A stretch of DNA of 64,000 bases from contig NZ_BAABFP010000005.1 of NCBI RefSeq assembly GCF_039541115.1, positions 620,001 to 684,000 of the forward strand, written 5' to 3'. Each line of letters starts with the position of its first letter. Within the stretch, counting starts at the first letter, position 1. Below are positions 43,272 through 57,485 of this stretch, in pieces. This DNA comes from Angustibacter luteus. Lineage in GTDB: Bacteria; Actinomycetota; Actinomycetes; Actinomycetales; Angustibacteraceae. A program made the position numbers and the translations under genes. The notes below the pieces were generated by a model. That model was given only the letters and a program-made list of their open reading frames with translations, had not been told where the DNA came from and searched no databases.

Positions 43272-45221
43272 TCAGTCGTCCAGAACCTCACCGGTGCTGA
43301 GGTTGACCGCGGGAACCGCGCCGGACGGTGCCGAGAGGGCGTCGACGACGGCCTGGGCGGTGGCCGGCCCGATGCCCGCGACCTGGCCGACCGCTTCGAC
43401 GTCCGCCGCCTTGAGCTTCTTCAGGGAACCGAAGTGCTTCAGCAGCGCCGTCCTGCGGGTGGGGCCGAGGCCCGGGATGGAGTCCAGCGCACTGGTCGTC
43501 ATCGAGCGCGACCGGCGCTGCCGGTGGTAGGTGATCGCGAACCGGTGCGCCTCGTCCCGGACCCGCTGCAGCAGGTACAGCCCCTCGCTGCTGCGCGGCA
43601 GGACCACCGGGTGGTCGTCGCCGGGCAGCCAGACCTCCTCGAGTCGCTTGGCCAGACCGACCAGTGACACCTCCTCGATGCCGAGGTCGGACAGCGCCCG
43701 GGCGGCAGCCGCCACCTGGGGCGGGCCGCCGTCGACGACGACGAGCTGGGGCGGGTACGCGAACTTCTGCGGGCGTCCGGTCTCCGGGTCGATGCCCTGG
43801 GCGATCTCGACGTCGCTGGCCTCGGCGCGCTCGTCCAGGTAGCGGCGGAACCGGCGGGTGATGACCTCGTTCATCCAGGCGGTGTCGTCCTGCCCCTCGG
43901 TACCGCGCACCGCGAACCGGCGGTACTCGGACTTGCGCGGCAGCCCGTCCTCGAAGACGACCATGGAGGCCACCACCTCGGTGCCCTGCAGGTTCGAGAC
44001 GTCGTAGCACTCGATCCGCAGCGGAGCCTCTGGCAGGTCCAGCGCATCCTGCAGCTCCTTGAGGGCGACCGAGCGGGTCGTCAGGTCGCCGCCCCGGCGC
44101 GTCTTGTGCAGGTTCAGCGCCTGCCCGGCGTTCCGCTCGACGGTCTCGAGCAAGGCGCGCTTGTCACCGCGCTGCGGCACCCGCAGGTCGACCCGCGCAC
44201 CGCGCAGCCCCTCCAGCCAGGCGGCGACCTCGTGGGAGTCGCGGGGCAGCGCGGGGACGAGCACCTCACGTGGCACCGCCTCCGGCGACTCCCCGTAGAC
44301 CTGCTGCAGCAGGTGCTCGACGAGGTCGTCGGTCCCGACGTCCTCCACCTTCTCGACCACCCAGCCGCGCTGCCCGCGGATGCGGCCGCCGCGGACGTGG
44401 AACACCTGGACGGCGGCCTCGAGCTCGTCCTCGGCAAGGGCGAACACGTCGGCATCGGTGGCGTCGGCGAGCACCACGGCGCTCTTCTCGAGGGCGCGGT
44501 TGAGCGCGCCGATGTCGTCCCGCAGCCGGGCGGCGCGCTCGAACTCGAGCTCGGAGGACGCCTCCCGCATCTCACGCTCGAGTCGGCGGACGAACCGGCC
44601 CGTGTTGCCGGCCATGAAGTCGCAGAAGTCCTCGGCGAGGGCCTGGTGCTCCTCCGGCGTCACCCGACCGACGCACGGCGCCGAGCACTTGCCGATGTAG
44701 CCGAGGAGGCAGGGTCGCCCGACCTGACCGGCCCGCCGGAAGACGCCGCTGCTGCACGTGCGCACCGGGAAGACGCGCAGCAGGAGGTCGACGGTCTCGC
44801 GGATCGCCCAGGCGTGCGCGTACGGCCCGAAGTAGCGGGTGCCCTTGCGCTTGGCACCGCGCATGACCTGGACGCGGGGGAACTCCTCGCCCATCGTCAC
44901 GGCCAGGTAGGGATAGGACTTGTCGTCCCGGTACTTGACGTTGAACCGGGGGTCGTACTCCTTGATCCAGGAGTACTCGAGCTGCAGGGCCTCGACCTCG
45001 GTCGCCACCACGGTCCACTCCACGCTGGCCGCCGTGGTGACCATCGTCTGGGTACGCGGGTGCAGCGCGGAGACGTCCTGGAAGTACGAGCTCAGTCGCG
45101 GGCGCAGGCTCTTCGCCTTGCCCACGTAGATGACGCGGCCGTGCTCGTCGCGAAAGCGGTAGACCCCCGGCTCGACCGGGATCTCTCCCGGGGCGGGTCG
45201 GTACGTCGAGGGGTCGGCCAC
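43272..45221 (-). CDS. uvrC: Excinuclease ABC subunit C
   Basis: GIY-YIG domain (PGVYRF...IYVGKAK), [18 protein letters not shown] and C-terminal HhH. Confidence 0.97.
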   Translation of the reverse strand: MADPSTYRPAPGEIPVEPGVYRFRDEHGRVIYVGKAKSLRPRLSSYFQDVSALHPRTQTMVTTAASVEWTVVATEVEALQLEYSWIKEYDPRFNVKYRDDKSYPYLAVTMGEEFPRVQVMRGAKRKGTRYFGPYAHAWAIRETVDLLLRVFPVRTCSSGVFRRAGQVGRPCLLGYIGKCSAPCVGRVTPEEHQALAEDFCDFMAGNTGRFVRRLEREMREASSELEFERAARLRDDIGALNRALEKSAVVLADATDADVFALAEDELEAAVQVFHVRGGRIRGQRGWVVEKVEDVGTDDLVEHLLQQVYGESPEAVPREVLVPALPRDSHEVAAWLEGLRGARVDLRVPQRGDKRALLETVERNAGQALNLHKTRRGGDLTTRSVALKELQDALDLPEAPLRIECYDVSNLQGTEVVASMVVFEDGLPRKSEYRRFAVRGTEGQDDTAWMNEVITRRFRRYLDERAEASDVEIAQGIDPETGRPQKFAYPPQLVVVDGGPPQVAAAARALSDLGIEEVSLVGLAKRLEEVWLPGDDHPVVLPRSSEGLYLLQRVRDEAHRFAITYHRQRRSRSMTTSALDSIPGLGPTRRTALLKHFGSLKKLKAADVEAVGQVAGIGPATAQAVVDALSAPSGAVPAVNLSTGEVLDD

Positions 45222-45228
45222 GTCACCA

Positions 45229-45250
45229 ACCCTACGTTTCGCCGCCGACA
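45229..45250 (-). promoter_or_regulatory. RecA-NDp (PafBC-type) promoter of uvrC
   Basis: TGTCGGcg-N8-TAGGGT, 7 nt before the GTG start (leaderless). Confidence 0.75.
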
Positions 45251-45254
45251 GACG

Positions 45255-45680
45255 TCAGGCGACGGTGATCTCGCCGTTCGCCACGCTCACCGGGACGGAG
45301 GCGAGCGGCTCCTTCGCCATGCTGTCGGCGGTCGGCGCACCGTCACCCACCGCGAACCGGCTGTTGTGGCACGGGCAGATGATGTAGCCGTCCGCGACAC
45401 TGCTGACGGCACAGCCCTGGTGGGTGCACCGGGTGTTGAAGCCCTTGAAGTCGCCGGACGTCGGCTGGGTGACCACGACGTTCGAGCTCGCGAAGACCGT
45501 GCCTCCACCCACCGGGACGTCGGCGGACTTGCCGACCGGGCCGGCCTTCGCCGGGCCGGTCGACGTGGCTCCGCCGCCGTCGGAGGCGTCGCCGCACGCG
45601 GTCAGCGCGACTCCGGCGACAACGGCGGCGGATGCGCCCTGGAGCACGGCACGGCGGGTCGGGGCGGTGGATCCGGTCAT
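45255..45680 (-). CDS. Tat-exported Rieske (2Fe-2S) lipoprotein
   Basis: TRRAVL Tat motif, LTAC lipobox, CTHQGC and CPCH ligands. Confidence 0.87.
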   Translation of the reverse strand: MTGSTAPTRRAVLQGASAAVVAGVALTACGDASDGGGATSTGPAKAGPVGKSADVPVGGGTVFASSNVVVTQPTSGDFKGFNTRCTHQGCAVSSVADGYIICPCHNSRFAVGDGAPTADSMAKEPLASVPVSVANGEITVA

Positions 45681-45783
45681 GACTCTCCAGGGATCGGCGA
45701 CGACGTCGGGGTCTTTCAGAGCAGCAAGTGTTCAGAGCAAGGCTGGGAATGCCCTGAACGGGACCTGCGCACGACCTCTCGGG

Positions 45784-48858
<3,075 letters not shown>

Positions 48859-48928
48859 GGTGGGCTCGCTCCTGCAGGTCGAGAACGTGTCCGGCGTGCT
48901 CGGCGAACCGACCGGACGGGTCGCGACC

Positions 48929-48951
48929 ATGCTAGGTCGACCCACCGACAA
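48929..48951 (-). promoter_or_regulatory. RecA-NDp (PafBC-type) promoter of uvrA
   Basis: TTGTCGGTG-N8-TAGCAT. Confidence 0.8.
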
Positions 48952-48990
48952 CGGCCTTGTCGGCGTCCGTCCCGGGAGTAGGTTCGGCCC

Positions 48991-49707
48991 ATGACGGCCT
49001 TCGCGGACGACCCGTTGCTCGCCCATCTGTCCGAGCAGACTGACCGCCTGCTGAGCACGATCAACGAGCTGACGGACGAGCAGGCCCGTGGTCCGTCCCT
49101 CCTGCCCGGGTGGACCCGTGGGCACGTGCTGGCGCACCTCGCGCGCAACGCGGACGGCCTGGGCAACGTCGCTCGGACGGCGATCACCGGGCGGGTGACG
49201 CCCATGTACGAGTCCGCCGCGCAGCGCGATGCTGACATCGAGGCTGATGCGGATCGCTCAGCGTCCGACCACGAGTCCGACGTGGAGGCCTCGGCCGAGC
49301 GGCTGCTCGCGCTGCTCGCCGACATCCCGGCGGACCGGCTCGACGTGCAGGTGCCCAGCGGTCGCGGACCGACGATCACGGTCGCCACGCTGCCCTGGGT
49401 CAGGCTGCGCGAGGTGGTCTACCACCACGTCGACCTGGACGCCGGCTTCACCATGGCGGACGCCCCTGATCTCGTCCTGCGCGGCGGCCTGGCTGAGTGC
49501 CCCGCCCGGCTGGCGGACGCCACCCCCGGGGCGACCATCACGGCGCAGTTCGCGGACTCCCCCGACGAGCGGCTCGTCATCGGCGACGGCAGTGTCGCCG
49601 TCGCCGGTCCCGCGCACGAGGTGCTCGGCTGGTTGACCGGGCGCTCGTCGGGCTCCGGCCTCGACACCGGCCAGGACGACCTCCCAGCCCTGCCGAGCTG
49701 GGGCTGA
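48991..49707 (+). CDS. Maleylpyruvate isomerase family mycothiol-dependent enzyme
   Basis: [21 protein letters not shown] and [12 protein letters not shown] motifs. Confidence 0.88.
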   Translation: MTAFADDPLLAHLSEQTDRLLSTINELTDEQARGPSLLPGWTRGHVLAHLARNADGLGNVARTAITGRVTPMYESAAQRDADIEADADRSASDHESDVEASAERLLALLADIPADRLDVQVPSGRGPTITVATLPWVRLREVVYHHVDLDAGFTMADAPDLVLRGGLAECPARLADATPGATITAQFADSPDERLVIGDGSVAVAGPAHEVLGWLTGRSSGSGLDTGQDDLPALPSWG

Positions 49708-49744
49708 GTGCCCGGGCAGGCACGGGCGCGCTAGCGTCGCCCGC

Positions 49745-50410
49745 ATGAGCGACTACAGCGGCGACGTCGTCCAGGGTGGGCCAACTGCGGTGCGCGAGCT
49801 CTCGCACCTGGTGGTCCGCAAGGCGAGCGTCAGCGAGCAGGACAACAACGCGTACCTGCTGACGTGCGTCCAGACCGGCGAGCAGCTGCTGGTCGACGCC
49901 GCGGACGACGCCCCGCGCCTGCTGGCCCTGATGAACGAGGGGACCGGCTGGTTGGACGCCGTGGTCACCACGCACCAGCACTGGGACCACCACCGCGCGC
50001 TGCCCGAGGTTGTCGCGCACACCGGCGCACGGGTGGCCGCGGGGGCGGACGACGCCGAGGCCCTGCCGGTCCCGGTCGGCGAGCTCCTGCACCACGGCGA
50101 CCGGGTGACGTTCGGGAACATCACTCTCGAGGTCATCTACCTGCGCGGCCACACGCCCGGTTCGGTCGCGCTGCTCTACCGCGACCCCGACGGTGTGCCG
50201 CACCTGTTTACCGGCGACTCACTGTTCCCCGGTGGCGTCGGCAACACCCAGGGGGACGCCGAGCGGTTCGCCAGCCTGCTCACCGACGTCGAGCAGCGCA
50301 TCTTCGACGTGCTGCCGGACGAGACCTGGTTCTATCCGGGCCACGGTGCCGACTCCACGCTCGGCGAGCAGCGCCCGCACCTCGCCGAGTGGCGCGAGCG
50401 CGGCTGGTAG
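49745..50410 (+). CDS. MBL-fold metallo-hydrolase (Rv1637c-like context)
   Basis: THQHWDH, GHTPGS, FTGDSLFPGG and YPGHG motifs. Confidence 0.9.
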   Translation: MSDYSGDVVQGGPTAVRELSHLVVRKASVSEQDNNAYLLTCVQTGEQLLVDAADDAPRLLALMNEGTGWLDAVVTTHQHWDHHRALPEVVAHTGARVAAGADDAEALPVPVGELLHHGDRVTFGNITLEVIYLRGHTPGSVALLYRDPDGVPHLFTGDSLFPGGVGNTQGDAERFASLLTDVEQRIFDVLPDETWFYPGHGADSTLGEQRPHLAEWRERGW

Positions 50411-50411
50411 C

Positions 50412-51404
50412 TCAGGAGTCCACGCCTGCCTTGCGCTCGTCGCGACGCGTCTTGGCCAGGCTCGCGACGGCGGTCACGGCCAACGTGCCGACTATGACCA
50501 CGAGGGACAGCCAGATGGGGATGTCCGGAGCCCAGTGCACCGGCTCGCCACCGTTGATGAACGGGACCTCGTTCTCGTGCAACGCGTGCAGGATGAGCTT
50601 GATGCCGATGAAGAAGAGCAGGAACGACAGCCCGATGCCCAGGTAGACCAGGCGCTGCAGCAGACCACCGATGAGGAAGTACAGCTGGCGCAGCCCCATC
50701 AGGGCGAACACGTTGGCCATGAGGACCAGGTACGGCTCCTTGGTGAGCCCGTAGATGGCCGGGATCGAGTCCAGCGCGAACAGCAGGTCGGTGGTGCCCA
50801 GGGCGACGAGCACGATGGCCATCGGGGTGATCAGCCGCTTGCCGTTCTCGACGACCGTCAGCTTGACCCCGTGGTACTGGTCCGTGGCCGGCAGGTGGTT
50901 GCGCGCCCAGCGGATCAGCGCGTTCTCCTGGTAGTCCTCCTCGCCGCTCTGGCCCTCACGCGCCAGGTGGATCGCGGTGTAGACCAGGAACGCGCCGAAG
51001 AGGTAGAAGACCCAGCTGAAGTTGTTGATGGCGGCGGCGCCGATGAAGATGAAGATCCCGCGGAAGATCAGGGCCAGGATGATCCCGATCAGCAGGGCGG
51101 TCTGCTGGTACTGCCTGGGGACGGCGAACTTGGACATGATGATGATGAAGATGAACAGGTTGTCCACCGACAGGCTGTACTCGGTGAGCCACCCGGCGAA
51201 GAACTCCGCACCGAACTGCGCGCCGGCGAACACCCAGACCCCGATACCGAAGAGCACAGCGAGGCCGACGAAGAACGCCAGGTGACGCGCGGACTCCCCC
51301 GTCGACGGCTCGTGCGGGCGTCGCCCGATGATGAACACGTCGATCAGCAGGAACGCCATCGCGATGCCGACGGTGGTCAGCCAGACCCAGGTGGGTACGT
51401 TCAC
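50412..51404 (-). CDS. terC: TerC/Alx family metal-homeostasis membrane protein
   Basis: EYSLSVDNLFIF, DLLFALDSIPA and FALMGLRQLYF motifs; GTG 51404 is 9 nt after GGAGG. Confidence 0.92.
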   Translation of the reverse strand: MNVPTWVWLTTVGIAMAFLLIDVFIIGRRPHEPSTGESARHLAFFVGLAVLFGIGVWVFAGAQFGAEFFAGWLTEYSLSVDNLFIFIIIMSKFAVPRQYQQTALLIGIILALIFRGIFIFIGAAAINNFSWVFYLFGAFLVYTAIHLAREGQSGEEDYQENALIRWARNHLPATDQYHGVKLTVVENGKRLITPMAIVLVALGTTDLLFALDSIPAIYGLTKEPYLVLMANVFALMGLRQLYFLIGGLLQRLVYLGIGLSFLLFFIGIKLILHALHENEVPFINGGEPVHWAPDIPIWLSLVVIVGTLAVTAVASLAKTRRDERKAGVDS

Positions 51405-51461
51405 GAGCACAAGCCTCCGGTCAGTCGAGGCGCGTCGACCCGGACGGACGACGCGCTGCTG

Positions 51462-51566
51462 CCGGAGGTCTCTCCCACCCGTAGGGGGCCGACTCCCCGG
51501 GCCCGGCGCACGAGGCGCCGCAGCCGTGATGACGAGGATGCCGTCAGGGGATACTCCCCTCCGTCG
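51462..51566 (-). ncRNA. yybP-ykoY (Mn2+) riboswitch
   Basis: Minus strand reads GGAGGGGAGTA...CGTCATCAC...GAGAGACCTCC upstream of terC; boundaries approximate. Confidence 0.85.
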
Positions 51567-51578
51567 AACGCCGTCAGT

Positions 51579-52415
51579 CTACCCGCTGCTCGGTGGCAGC
51601 CGCGCCAGCAGGGAGCGGGCGTCGTGCGGTGCGTAGCCCTTGACGTCGTTGTCGAAGTAGAGCAGGACGTCGACCCCCTGCTCGACCCAGCCGCGAACCC
51701 GCTCCGCCCAGCCGTCGAGCGCCGCCGGCGAGTAGCCGCTCGCGTACAGCTCCTTGTCGCCGTGCAGCCGGGCGTACACGAAGTCCGCCGTGACCTCCTC
51801 CAGCATCGGCCAGTGCCGGGCTGAGTCGGCCACCACCAGCGCGACGGAGTGGGAGCGCATGAGCTGGACGGCCTCCGCGGAGCCGAAGCTGGGGTGCCGG
51901 GCCTCGACGGCGTGCCGCACCGGCCGGGTGGCCGACGTCGTCGTGACGGCCTCCGGGACACGCTCGTCGTGTCGCGCGGCGAGGTCGGCCGCCTGCCGGC
52001 TGTCCCGGGGCAGCAGCCTCAGGAACGCGTCGACCAGCTCGGCGTCGAACGGCAGGTTCGGTGGTAGCTGCCAGAGCACTGCGCCCAGCTTCTGCTCCAG
52101 CGCGAGCAGCCCGGTGGCGAAGTAGTTCGCGACAGCCACGTCCACGTCCTTCAGCCGCTTCATGTGCGTGATGAACCGGCCACCCTTGACGGAGAACACG
52201 AAGTCGTCGGGTGTCTGCTCCGCCCAGTGCCGGAAGGTCGCCGGCTTCTGCATCGCGTAGAAGGTGCCGTTCACCTCGATCGACGTCAGCTGACGGGATG
52301 CGTACTCGAGCTCACGCCGCTGCGCGAGCCCCTTCGGGTAGAAGTCGCCCCGCCAGGCCGGGTACGTCCACCCGGCGATGCCGATCCTGGCGGTCGCCCG
52401 CTGTCGCTGGGTCAC
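51579..52415 (-). CDS. DUF72 domain-containing protein
   Basis: IGIAGWTYPAWRGDFYP, IEVNGTFY, LWQLPP, YARLHG and YFDND motifs. Confidence 0.9.
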   Translation of the reverse strand: MTQRQRATARIGIAGWTYPAWRGDFYPKGLAQRRELEYASRQLTSIEVNGTFYAMQKPATFRHWAEQTPDDFVFSVKGGRFITHMKRLKDVDVAVANYFATGLLALEQKLGAVLWQLPPNLPFDAELVDAFLRLLPRDSRQAADLAARHDERVPEAVTTTSATRPVRHAVEARHPSFGSAEAVQLMRSHSVALVVADSARHWPMLEEVTADFVYARLHGDKELYASGYSPAALDGWAERVRGWVEQGVDVLLYFDNDVKGYAPHDARSLLARLPPSSG

Positions 52416-52419
52416 CGGC

Positions 52420-54522
52420 TCAGGCGTGCCCCGCGCCCTGCATGGCGCGCAGCTCCTTCTTCAGGTCCCCGATCTCGTCCCGAAGCCGGGCGGCGAGCTC
52501 GAACTGCAGCTCGCCCGCCGCGCTGTGCATCTGGTCCGACAGCTGTTGGATGAGGTCCGCCAGGTCGGCGGCCGGCAGAGCCGCGAGGGCCCGGCCCTCC
52601 CCCACGCCGCGCGAGCCCTGCCCGGGGACTGGCGCCTTGCCGCGCGACTGGTTGCGCCCCGAACCGCCGAGCAGGGCCGCGGTATCCGCGTCCTCCCGGC
52701 TGATCAGGTCCGTGATGTCCGCGATCTTCTTGCGCAGGGGCGTTGGGTCCACCCCGCGCTCCACGTTGTAGGCGACCTGCTTGGCGCGCCGCCGGTTCGT
52801 CTCGTCGATCGCGTGCTGCATGGACGGGGTGACCCGGTCGGCGTACATGTGCACCTGGCCGGACACGTTCCGCGCGGCCCGCCCGATCGTCTGGATCAGC
52901 GACGTGCCCGACCTCAGGAAGCCCTCCTTGTCGGCGTCCAGGATGCTGACCAGCGAGACCTCGGGCAGGTCCAGTCCCTCGCGGAGCAGGTTGATCCCCA
53001 CCAGGACGTCGAACTCGCCGAGCCGCAGCTCGCGGAGCAGCTCGACCCGGCGCAGGGTGTCGACCTCGGAGTGCAGGTAGCGCACCTGGACGCCCTGTTC
53101 GAGCAGGTAGTCCGTGAGGTCCTCGGACATCTTCTTCGTCAGCGTGGTCACCAGGACCCGCTCGTTGCGGGCGGCCCGCTCGCGGATCTCGTGCAGCAGG
53201 TCGTCGATCTGTCCCTTGGTCGGTTTGAGAACGACCTCGGGGTCCACCAGGCCCGTCGGGCGGATGATCTGCTCCACGACGCCGTCGCCCTTGCTGAGCT
53301 CGTACTGCCCGGGCGTGGCCGAAAGGTACACGGTCTGCCCGATGCGCTCCAGGAACTCCTCCCACCTCAGCGGACGGTTGTCCATCGCGCTCGGCAGCCG
53401 GAAGCCGTGGTCCACCAGCGCCCTCTTGCGGGACATGTCCCCCTCGTACATCGCGCCGATCTGCGGCACGGTGACGTGCGACTCGTCGATGACCAGCAGG
53501 AAGTCCTCGGGGAAGTAGTCCAGCAACGTGTTCGGCGCCGTACCGGGCCCACGCCCGTCGATGTGCCGGCTGTAGTTCTCGATGCCGGAGCAGGACCCGA
53601 CCTGGCGCATCATCTCGATGTCGTAGGTGGTGCGCATGCGCAGGCGCTGTGCCTCCAGCAGCTTGCCCTGCCGCTCCAGCTCGTCCAGCCGATCCGCCAG
53701 CTCGGTCTCGATGCCCGTGATGGCTCGCTCCATGCGCTGCGGGCCGGCGACGTAGTGCGTCGCCGGGAAGACGTACATCTCCGCCTCCTCGTGCACGACC
53801 TCCCCCGTCAGCGGGTGCAGCGTGTAGATGCGCTCGATCTCGTCCCCGAAGAACTCGATACGCAGCGCCAGCTCTTCGTACACCGGGATGATCTCGACCG
53901 TGTCACCACGCACCCGGAACGTCCCGCGGGTGAAGGCCAGGTCGTTGCGGGTGTACTGCATCTGCACGAACCGGCGCAGCAGGTCGTCACGCTCGATGAC
54001 GTCGCCGACCTTCAGCCGGGCCATGCGGTCCACGTACTCCTGCGGCGTCCCCAGGCCGTAGATGCACGACACCGACGCGACCACGATGACGTCCCGGCGG
54101 GTCAGCAGGGAGTTCGTGGCCGAGTGCCGCAGCCGCTCCACCTCGTCGTTGATGGACGAGTCCTTCTCGATGTACGTATCCGTCTGCGCGATGTAGGCCT
54201 CGGGCTGGTAGTAGTCGTAGTACGACACGAAGTACTCGACCGCGTTGTTCGGCAGGAGCTCACGGAACTCGTTGGCCAGCTGCGCAGCCAGGGTCTTGTT
54301 GGGTGCCATCACCAACGTTGGCCGCTGAAGCTGCTCGACCAGCCACGCCGTCGTCGCCGACTTGCCGGTGCCGGTGGCGCCCAGCAGGACGACATCCTGC
54401 TCCCCCGACTCGACGCGCCGCTTCAGGTCAGCGATCGCGGTGGGCTGGTCACCGGACGGGGTGAACTCCGAGATCACCTCGAACGGGGCGACCCGACGCT
54501 GCAGGTCGGTGGTGGGTCTCAT
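52420..54522 (-). CDS. uvrB: Excinuclease ABC subunit B
   Basis: [38 protein letters not shown] and C-terminal UVR domain. Confidence 0.97.
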   Translation of the reverse strand: MRPTTDLQRRVAPFEVISEFTPSGDQPTAIADLKRRVESGEQDVVLLGATGTGKSATTAWLVEQLQRPTLVMAPNKTLAAQLANEFRELLPNNAVEYFVSYYDYYQPEAYIAQTDTYIEKDSSINDEVERLRHSATNSLLTRRDVIVVASVSCIYGLGTPQEYVDRMARLKVGDVIERDDLLRRFVQMQYTRNDLAFTRGTFRVRGDTVEIIPVYEELALRIEFFGDEIERIYTLHPLTGEVVHEEAEMYVFPATHYVAGPQRMERAITGIETELADRLDELERQGKLLEAQRLRMRTTYDIEMMRQVGSCSGIENYSRHIDGRGPGTAPNTLLDYFPEDFLLVIDESHVTVPQIGAMYEGDMSRKRALVDHGFRLPSAMDNRPLRWEEFLERIGQTVYLSATPGQYELSKGDGVVEQIIRPTGLVDPEVVLKPTKGQIDDLLHEIRERAARNERVLVTTLTKKMSEDLTDYLLEQGVQVRYLHSEVDTLRRVELLRELRLGEFDVLVGINLLREGLDLPEVSLVSILDADKEGFLRSGTSLIQTIGRAARNVSGQVHMYADRVTPSMQHAIDETNRRRAKQVAYNVERGVDPTPLRKKIADITDLISREDADTAALLGGSGRNQSRGKAPVPGQGSRGVGEGRALAALPAADLADLIQQLSDQMHSAAGELQFELAARLRDEIGDLKKELRAMQGAGHA

Positions 54523-54529
54523 GGGGTCA

Positions 54530-54552
54530 ACCGTAGGCGCGACCACCGACAA
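54530..54552 (-). promoter_or_regulatory. RecA-NDp (PafBC-type) promoter of uvrB
   Basis: TTGTCGGTG-N8-TACGGT, 7 nt before the ATG (leaderless). Confidence 0.8.
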
Positions 54553-54566
54553 CCGGCGAGCGGTAC

Positions 54567-55769
54567 TCAGCCGGGCGGTGCCCAGCCCGATCGCCGCCCC
54601 CAGGCGACGGCCCGGTCCACAGCCACCGCGAACCACGCCTCCTTCGCGTCGGCGTACTCCGCGGCGCTGTCGGTCGCGGCGGCCAGCCGCTGCTTCTCCC
54701 CCTGGTAGGCGCTCCGCTCGACCGCATCGGCGCGCCACCAGTCGCGCAGCAGGAGGGCGGCCCGCCAGCCGGGGCTGCCGACGACCCGCACGTGCAGGTT
54801 CACCGCGCGGCCCGGGTCGGCGTTGGCGTGGAACCGCTTCGACCACACTGCCGGGTCCGCCGCGCTCTCGAGCACCGCGTGCGGGTTGTCTCTCGTCACA
54901 CCAACGACCCGGGGGAAGCCCGCCGCTGCCAGAGCCACGACGACCTCGTCCGCGTCGGCCAACGAGCGAACCCCGAGCTGCAGGTCGACGACGTCCTTGG
55001 CAGCGAGCCCGGGCACGGCCGTCGAGCCCACGTGCTGGGTCCCGCAACCCAGCGCACCCGCAGCGAGGTCGATCCGGGCCGCCAGCCGCGCCGCCTGCGC
55101 CGGCCAGCTGCCGTCGTACGGCACGATCTCGGCGCGGGCGGGCCGGTCAGCGCGCGTCCCCGCGCGCAGGTTGGCCTCAAAGGGCTGGAGCCGCCCCTCC
55201 CAGAGGACCGACAGGTCAGCCGCCACCTCGGGCGCAGGCCGGTCGTTGTCCAGCCAGACGTCGGCGGCAGCGCGCCGCTGCCCGTCGTCGGCCTGCGCCG
55301 CGATCCGGGCGCGGACGTCGTCCCGGGACATCGCTCGCGAGGCCAGCAGGCGGTCGATGCGGACCCGCTCGGAGGCGTGCACCACCAGCACCAGGTGGTA
55401 GAGCGCGCCCATCTGCTTCTCCACGATGAGCGGGACGTCGTGCACGACGATCGCCTCAGGACCCGCGTCGTCGAGCACCTGTGCCGTGCGCTGAGCCACC
55501 AGCGGGTGGGTGATCTGCTCCAGCGCGCGCCGCCGACTCTCGTCCGCGAAGACCAGGCGCCCCAACGCCGCGCGATCCAACGACCCATCTCCGGCGAGCA
55601 CCGCGGGTCCGAACTCGGCTGCGACGGCGGCCAGGCCCGGCGTCCCAGGTGCCAGCACCTCGCGAGCGAACCGATCGGCGTCCGCTACGACAGCACCCAG
55701 GTTCGCCAGCTGGGCCGCGACAGTCGACTTGCCCGCCCCGATCCCGCCGGTCAGCCCGATCCTCAGCAC
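54567..55769 (-). CDS. coaE: Dephospho-CoA kinase with C-terminal GrpB/UPF0157 domain
   Basis: [13 protein letters not shown]-terminal [17 protein letters not shown]. Confidence 0.93.
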   Translation of the reverse strand: MLRIGLTGGIGAGKSTVAAQLANLGAVVADADRFAREVLAPGTPGLAAVAAEFGPAVLAGDGSLDRAALGRLVFADESRRRALEQITHPLVAQRTAQVLDDAGPEAIVVHDVPLIVEKQMGALYHLVLVVHASERVRIDRLLASRAMSRDDVRARIAAQADDGQRRAAADVWLDNDRPAPEVAADLSVLWEGRLQPFEANLRAGTRADRPARAEIVPYDGSWPAQAARLAARIDLAAGALGCGTQHVGSTAVPGLAAKDVVDLQLGVRSLADADEVVVALAAAGFPRVVGVTRDNPHAVLESAADPAVWSKRFHANADPGRAVNLHVRVVGSPGWRAALLLRDWWRADAVERSAYQGEKQRLAAATDSAAEYADAKEAWFAVAVDRAVAWGRRSGWAPPG

Positions 55770-55805
55770 GCGCCGACCCTAGCGGCCGGACGCGCGAGTG
55801 CGACG

Positions 55806-55843
55806 CGAAGGGGCCCCGCACCAGACGGTGCGGGGCCCCTTCG
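55806..55843 (-). terminator. Intrinsic terminator hairpin downstream of rpsA
   Basis: 17-bp perfect stem CGAAGGGGCCCCGCACC-agac-GGTGCGGGGCCCCTTCG. Confidence 0.8.
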
Positions 55844-55858
55844 TTCGAGCGTGGTGGA

Positions 55859-57355
55859 TCAGGCGCCGGTCAGCTTCTCACGAAGCGCGGCGAGCGCCTC
55901 GTCGGAAGCCAGCGTGCCCTCGCCCTGAGCCTGCGGGGCGTCGGCCGGGGTAGCGGCGACGTCCGCGGCCGTCGTCTCCGAGGAGTACGACGTCGGGGTG
56001 TCGCCCTCGGCGCGGGCCTCGGAGTCGGCCTTGGCCGCCTCCTCGATCTGCGTCTTGTGCGCCTCCCAGCGAGCGTGTGCCTCGGCGTACTGCTTCTCCC
56101 AGACCTCGCGCTGCGCCTCGTAGCCCTCGAGCCAGTCGTTGCTCTCCTGGTCGAAGCCCTCGGGGTACTTGTAGTTGCCCGCGTCGTCGTACTCGGCCGC
56201 CATGCCGTAGAGCGTGGGGTCGAACTCGGTGACCTGAGCGGACGTACCGTCGTTGGCCTGCTTGAGCGACAGCGAGATGCGGCGACGCTCCAGGTCGATG
56301 TCGATCACCTTGACGAAGATCGAGTCGCCGACCTGGACGACCTGCTCCGGGATCTCGACGTGGCGCTCTGCCAGCTCCGAGATGTGCACCAGACCCTCGA
56401 TGCCCTCGTCGACGCGCACGAACGCGCCGAAGGGGACGAGCTTGGTGACCTTGCCCGGGACGACCTGACCGATCGCGTGCGTGCGTGCGAACTGCTGCCA
56501 GGGGTCCTCCTGCGTCGCCTTGAGCGACAGCGAGACGCGCTCGCGGTCCATGTCGACGTCCAGGACCTCGACCGTGACCTCCTGGCCGACCTCGACGACC
56601 TCGGACGGGTGGTCGATGTGCTTCCAGGACAGCTCGGAGACGTGCACCAGACCGTCGACGCCGCCGAGGTCCACGAACGCACCGAAGTTGACGATGGAGG
56701 AGACCACACCGGAGCGGACCTGGCCCTTCTGCAGGGTCTGCAGGAAGGTCTGGCGCACCTCGGACTGGGTCTGCTCGAGCCACGCGCGACGCGACAGGAC
56801 CACGTTGTTGCGGTTCTTGTCGAGCTCGATGATCTTGGCCTCGAGCTCCTTGCCCACGTAGGGCTGCAGGTCGCGGACGCGGCGCATCTCGACCAGCGAC
56901 GCCGGCAGGAAGCCGCGCAGCCCGATGTCGAGGATCAGGCCACCCTTGACGACCTCGATCACCGTGCCGGTGACGATGCCGTCCTCTTCCTTGACCTTCT
57001 CGATCGTGCCCCAGGCGCGCTCGTACTGCGCGCGCTTCTTGGACAGGATCAGGCGACCCTCCTTGTCCTCCTTCTGGAGGACCAGAGCCTCGACCTCATC
57101 GCCGACCTTGACGACCTCGTTGGGGTCGACGTCGTGCTTGATGGAGAGCTCGCGGGAGGGGATGACACCCTCGGTCTTGTAGCCGATGTCGAGCAGGACC
57201 TCGTCCCGGTCGACCTTGACGATGACCCCTTCGACGATGTCTCCGTCGTTGAAGTACTTGATGGTCTCGTCGATGGCGGCGAGGAAGTCCTCGGCCGAGC
57301 CGATGTCGTTGACCGCAACCTGAGGGGCGCGGGTCTCGGTGGTGCTGGCAGTCAT
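55859..57355 (-). CDS. rpsA: 30S ribosomal protein S1
   Basis: QVAVNDIG, IKYFNDGDIVEG, four S1 repeats, GTLASDEALAALREKL. Confidence 0.98.
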   Translation of the reverse strand: MTASTTETRAPQVAVNDIGSAEDFLAAIDETIKYFNDGDIVEGVIVKVDRDEVLLDIGYKTEGVIPSRELSIKHDVDPNEVVKVGDEVEALVLQKEDKEGRLILSKKRAQYERAWGTIEKVKEEDGIVTGTVIEVVKGGLILDIGLRGFLPASLVEMRRVRDLQPYVGKELEAKIIELDKNRNNVVLSRRAWLEQTQSEVRQTFLQTLQKGQVRSGVVSSIVNFGAFVDLGGVDGLVHVSELSWKHIDHPSEVVEVGQEVTVEVLDVDMDRERVSLSLKATQEDPWQQFARTHAIGQVVPGKVTKLVPFGAFVRVDEGIEGLVHISELAERHVEIPEQVVQVGDSIFVKVIDIDLERRRISLSLKQANDGTSAQVTEFDPTLYGMAAEYDDAGNYKYPEGFDQESNDWLEGYEAQREVWEKQYAEAHARWEAHKTQIEEAAKADSEARAEGDTPTSYSSETTAADVAATPADAPQAQGEGTLASDEALAALREKLTGA

Positions 57356-57411
57356 GTAGTGGGGGCTCCGATGCGGACAGATGAGTCGTGGTGGACAGGA
57401 TGAAGAGTGTT

Positions 57412-57464
57412 GTCGCACACGTGTGCGACCCCCCACCCTATCGATCTGGTCCACAGCGGGTCAA
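57412..57464 (-). promoter_or_regulatory. rpsA housekeeping promoter (TTGACC-N18-TAGGGT) and 18-bp palindrome in the leader
   Basis: -35 at 57459-57464, -10 at 57435-57440, GTCGCACACGTGTGCGAC at 57412-57429. Confidence 0.6.
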
Positions 57465-57485
57465 CGCGGGCCGGCGCGCCCGGTG

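Noticed and set aside
48859..48928. LexA/SOS box in the uvrA leader (GAGAACGTGTCCGG)
   Set aside because: Does not fit GAAC-N4-GTTC; the right half-site is missing
48957..48990. Fourth RecA-NDp promoter for the divergent MDMPI gene (TTGTCGG...TAGGTT)
   Set aside because: Spacing between TGTCGG and the -10 is 15 nt rather than the 10 nt seen in the three uvr sites
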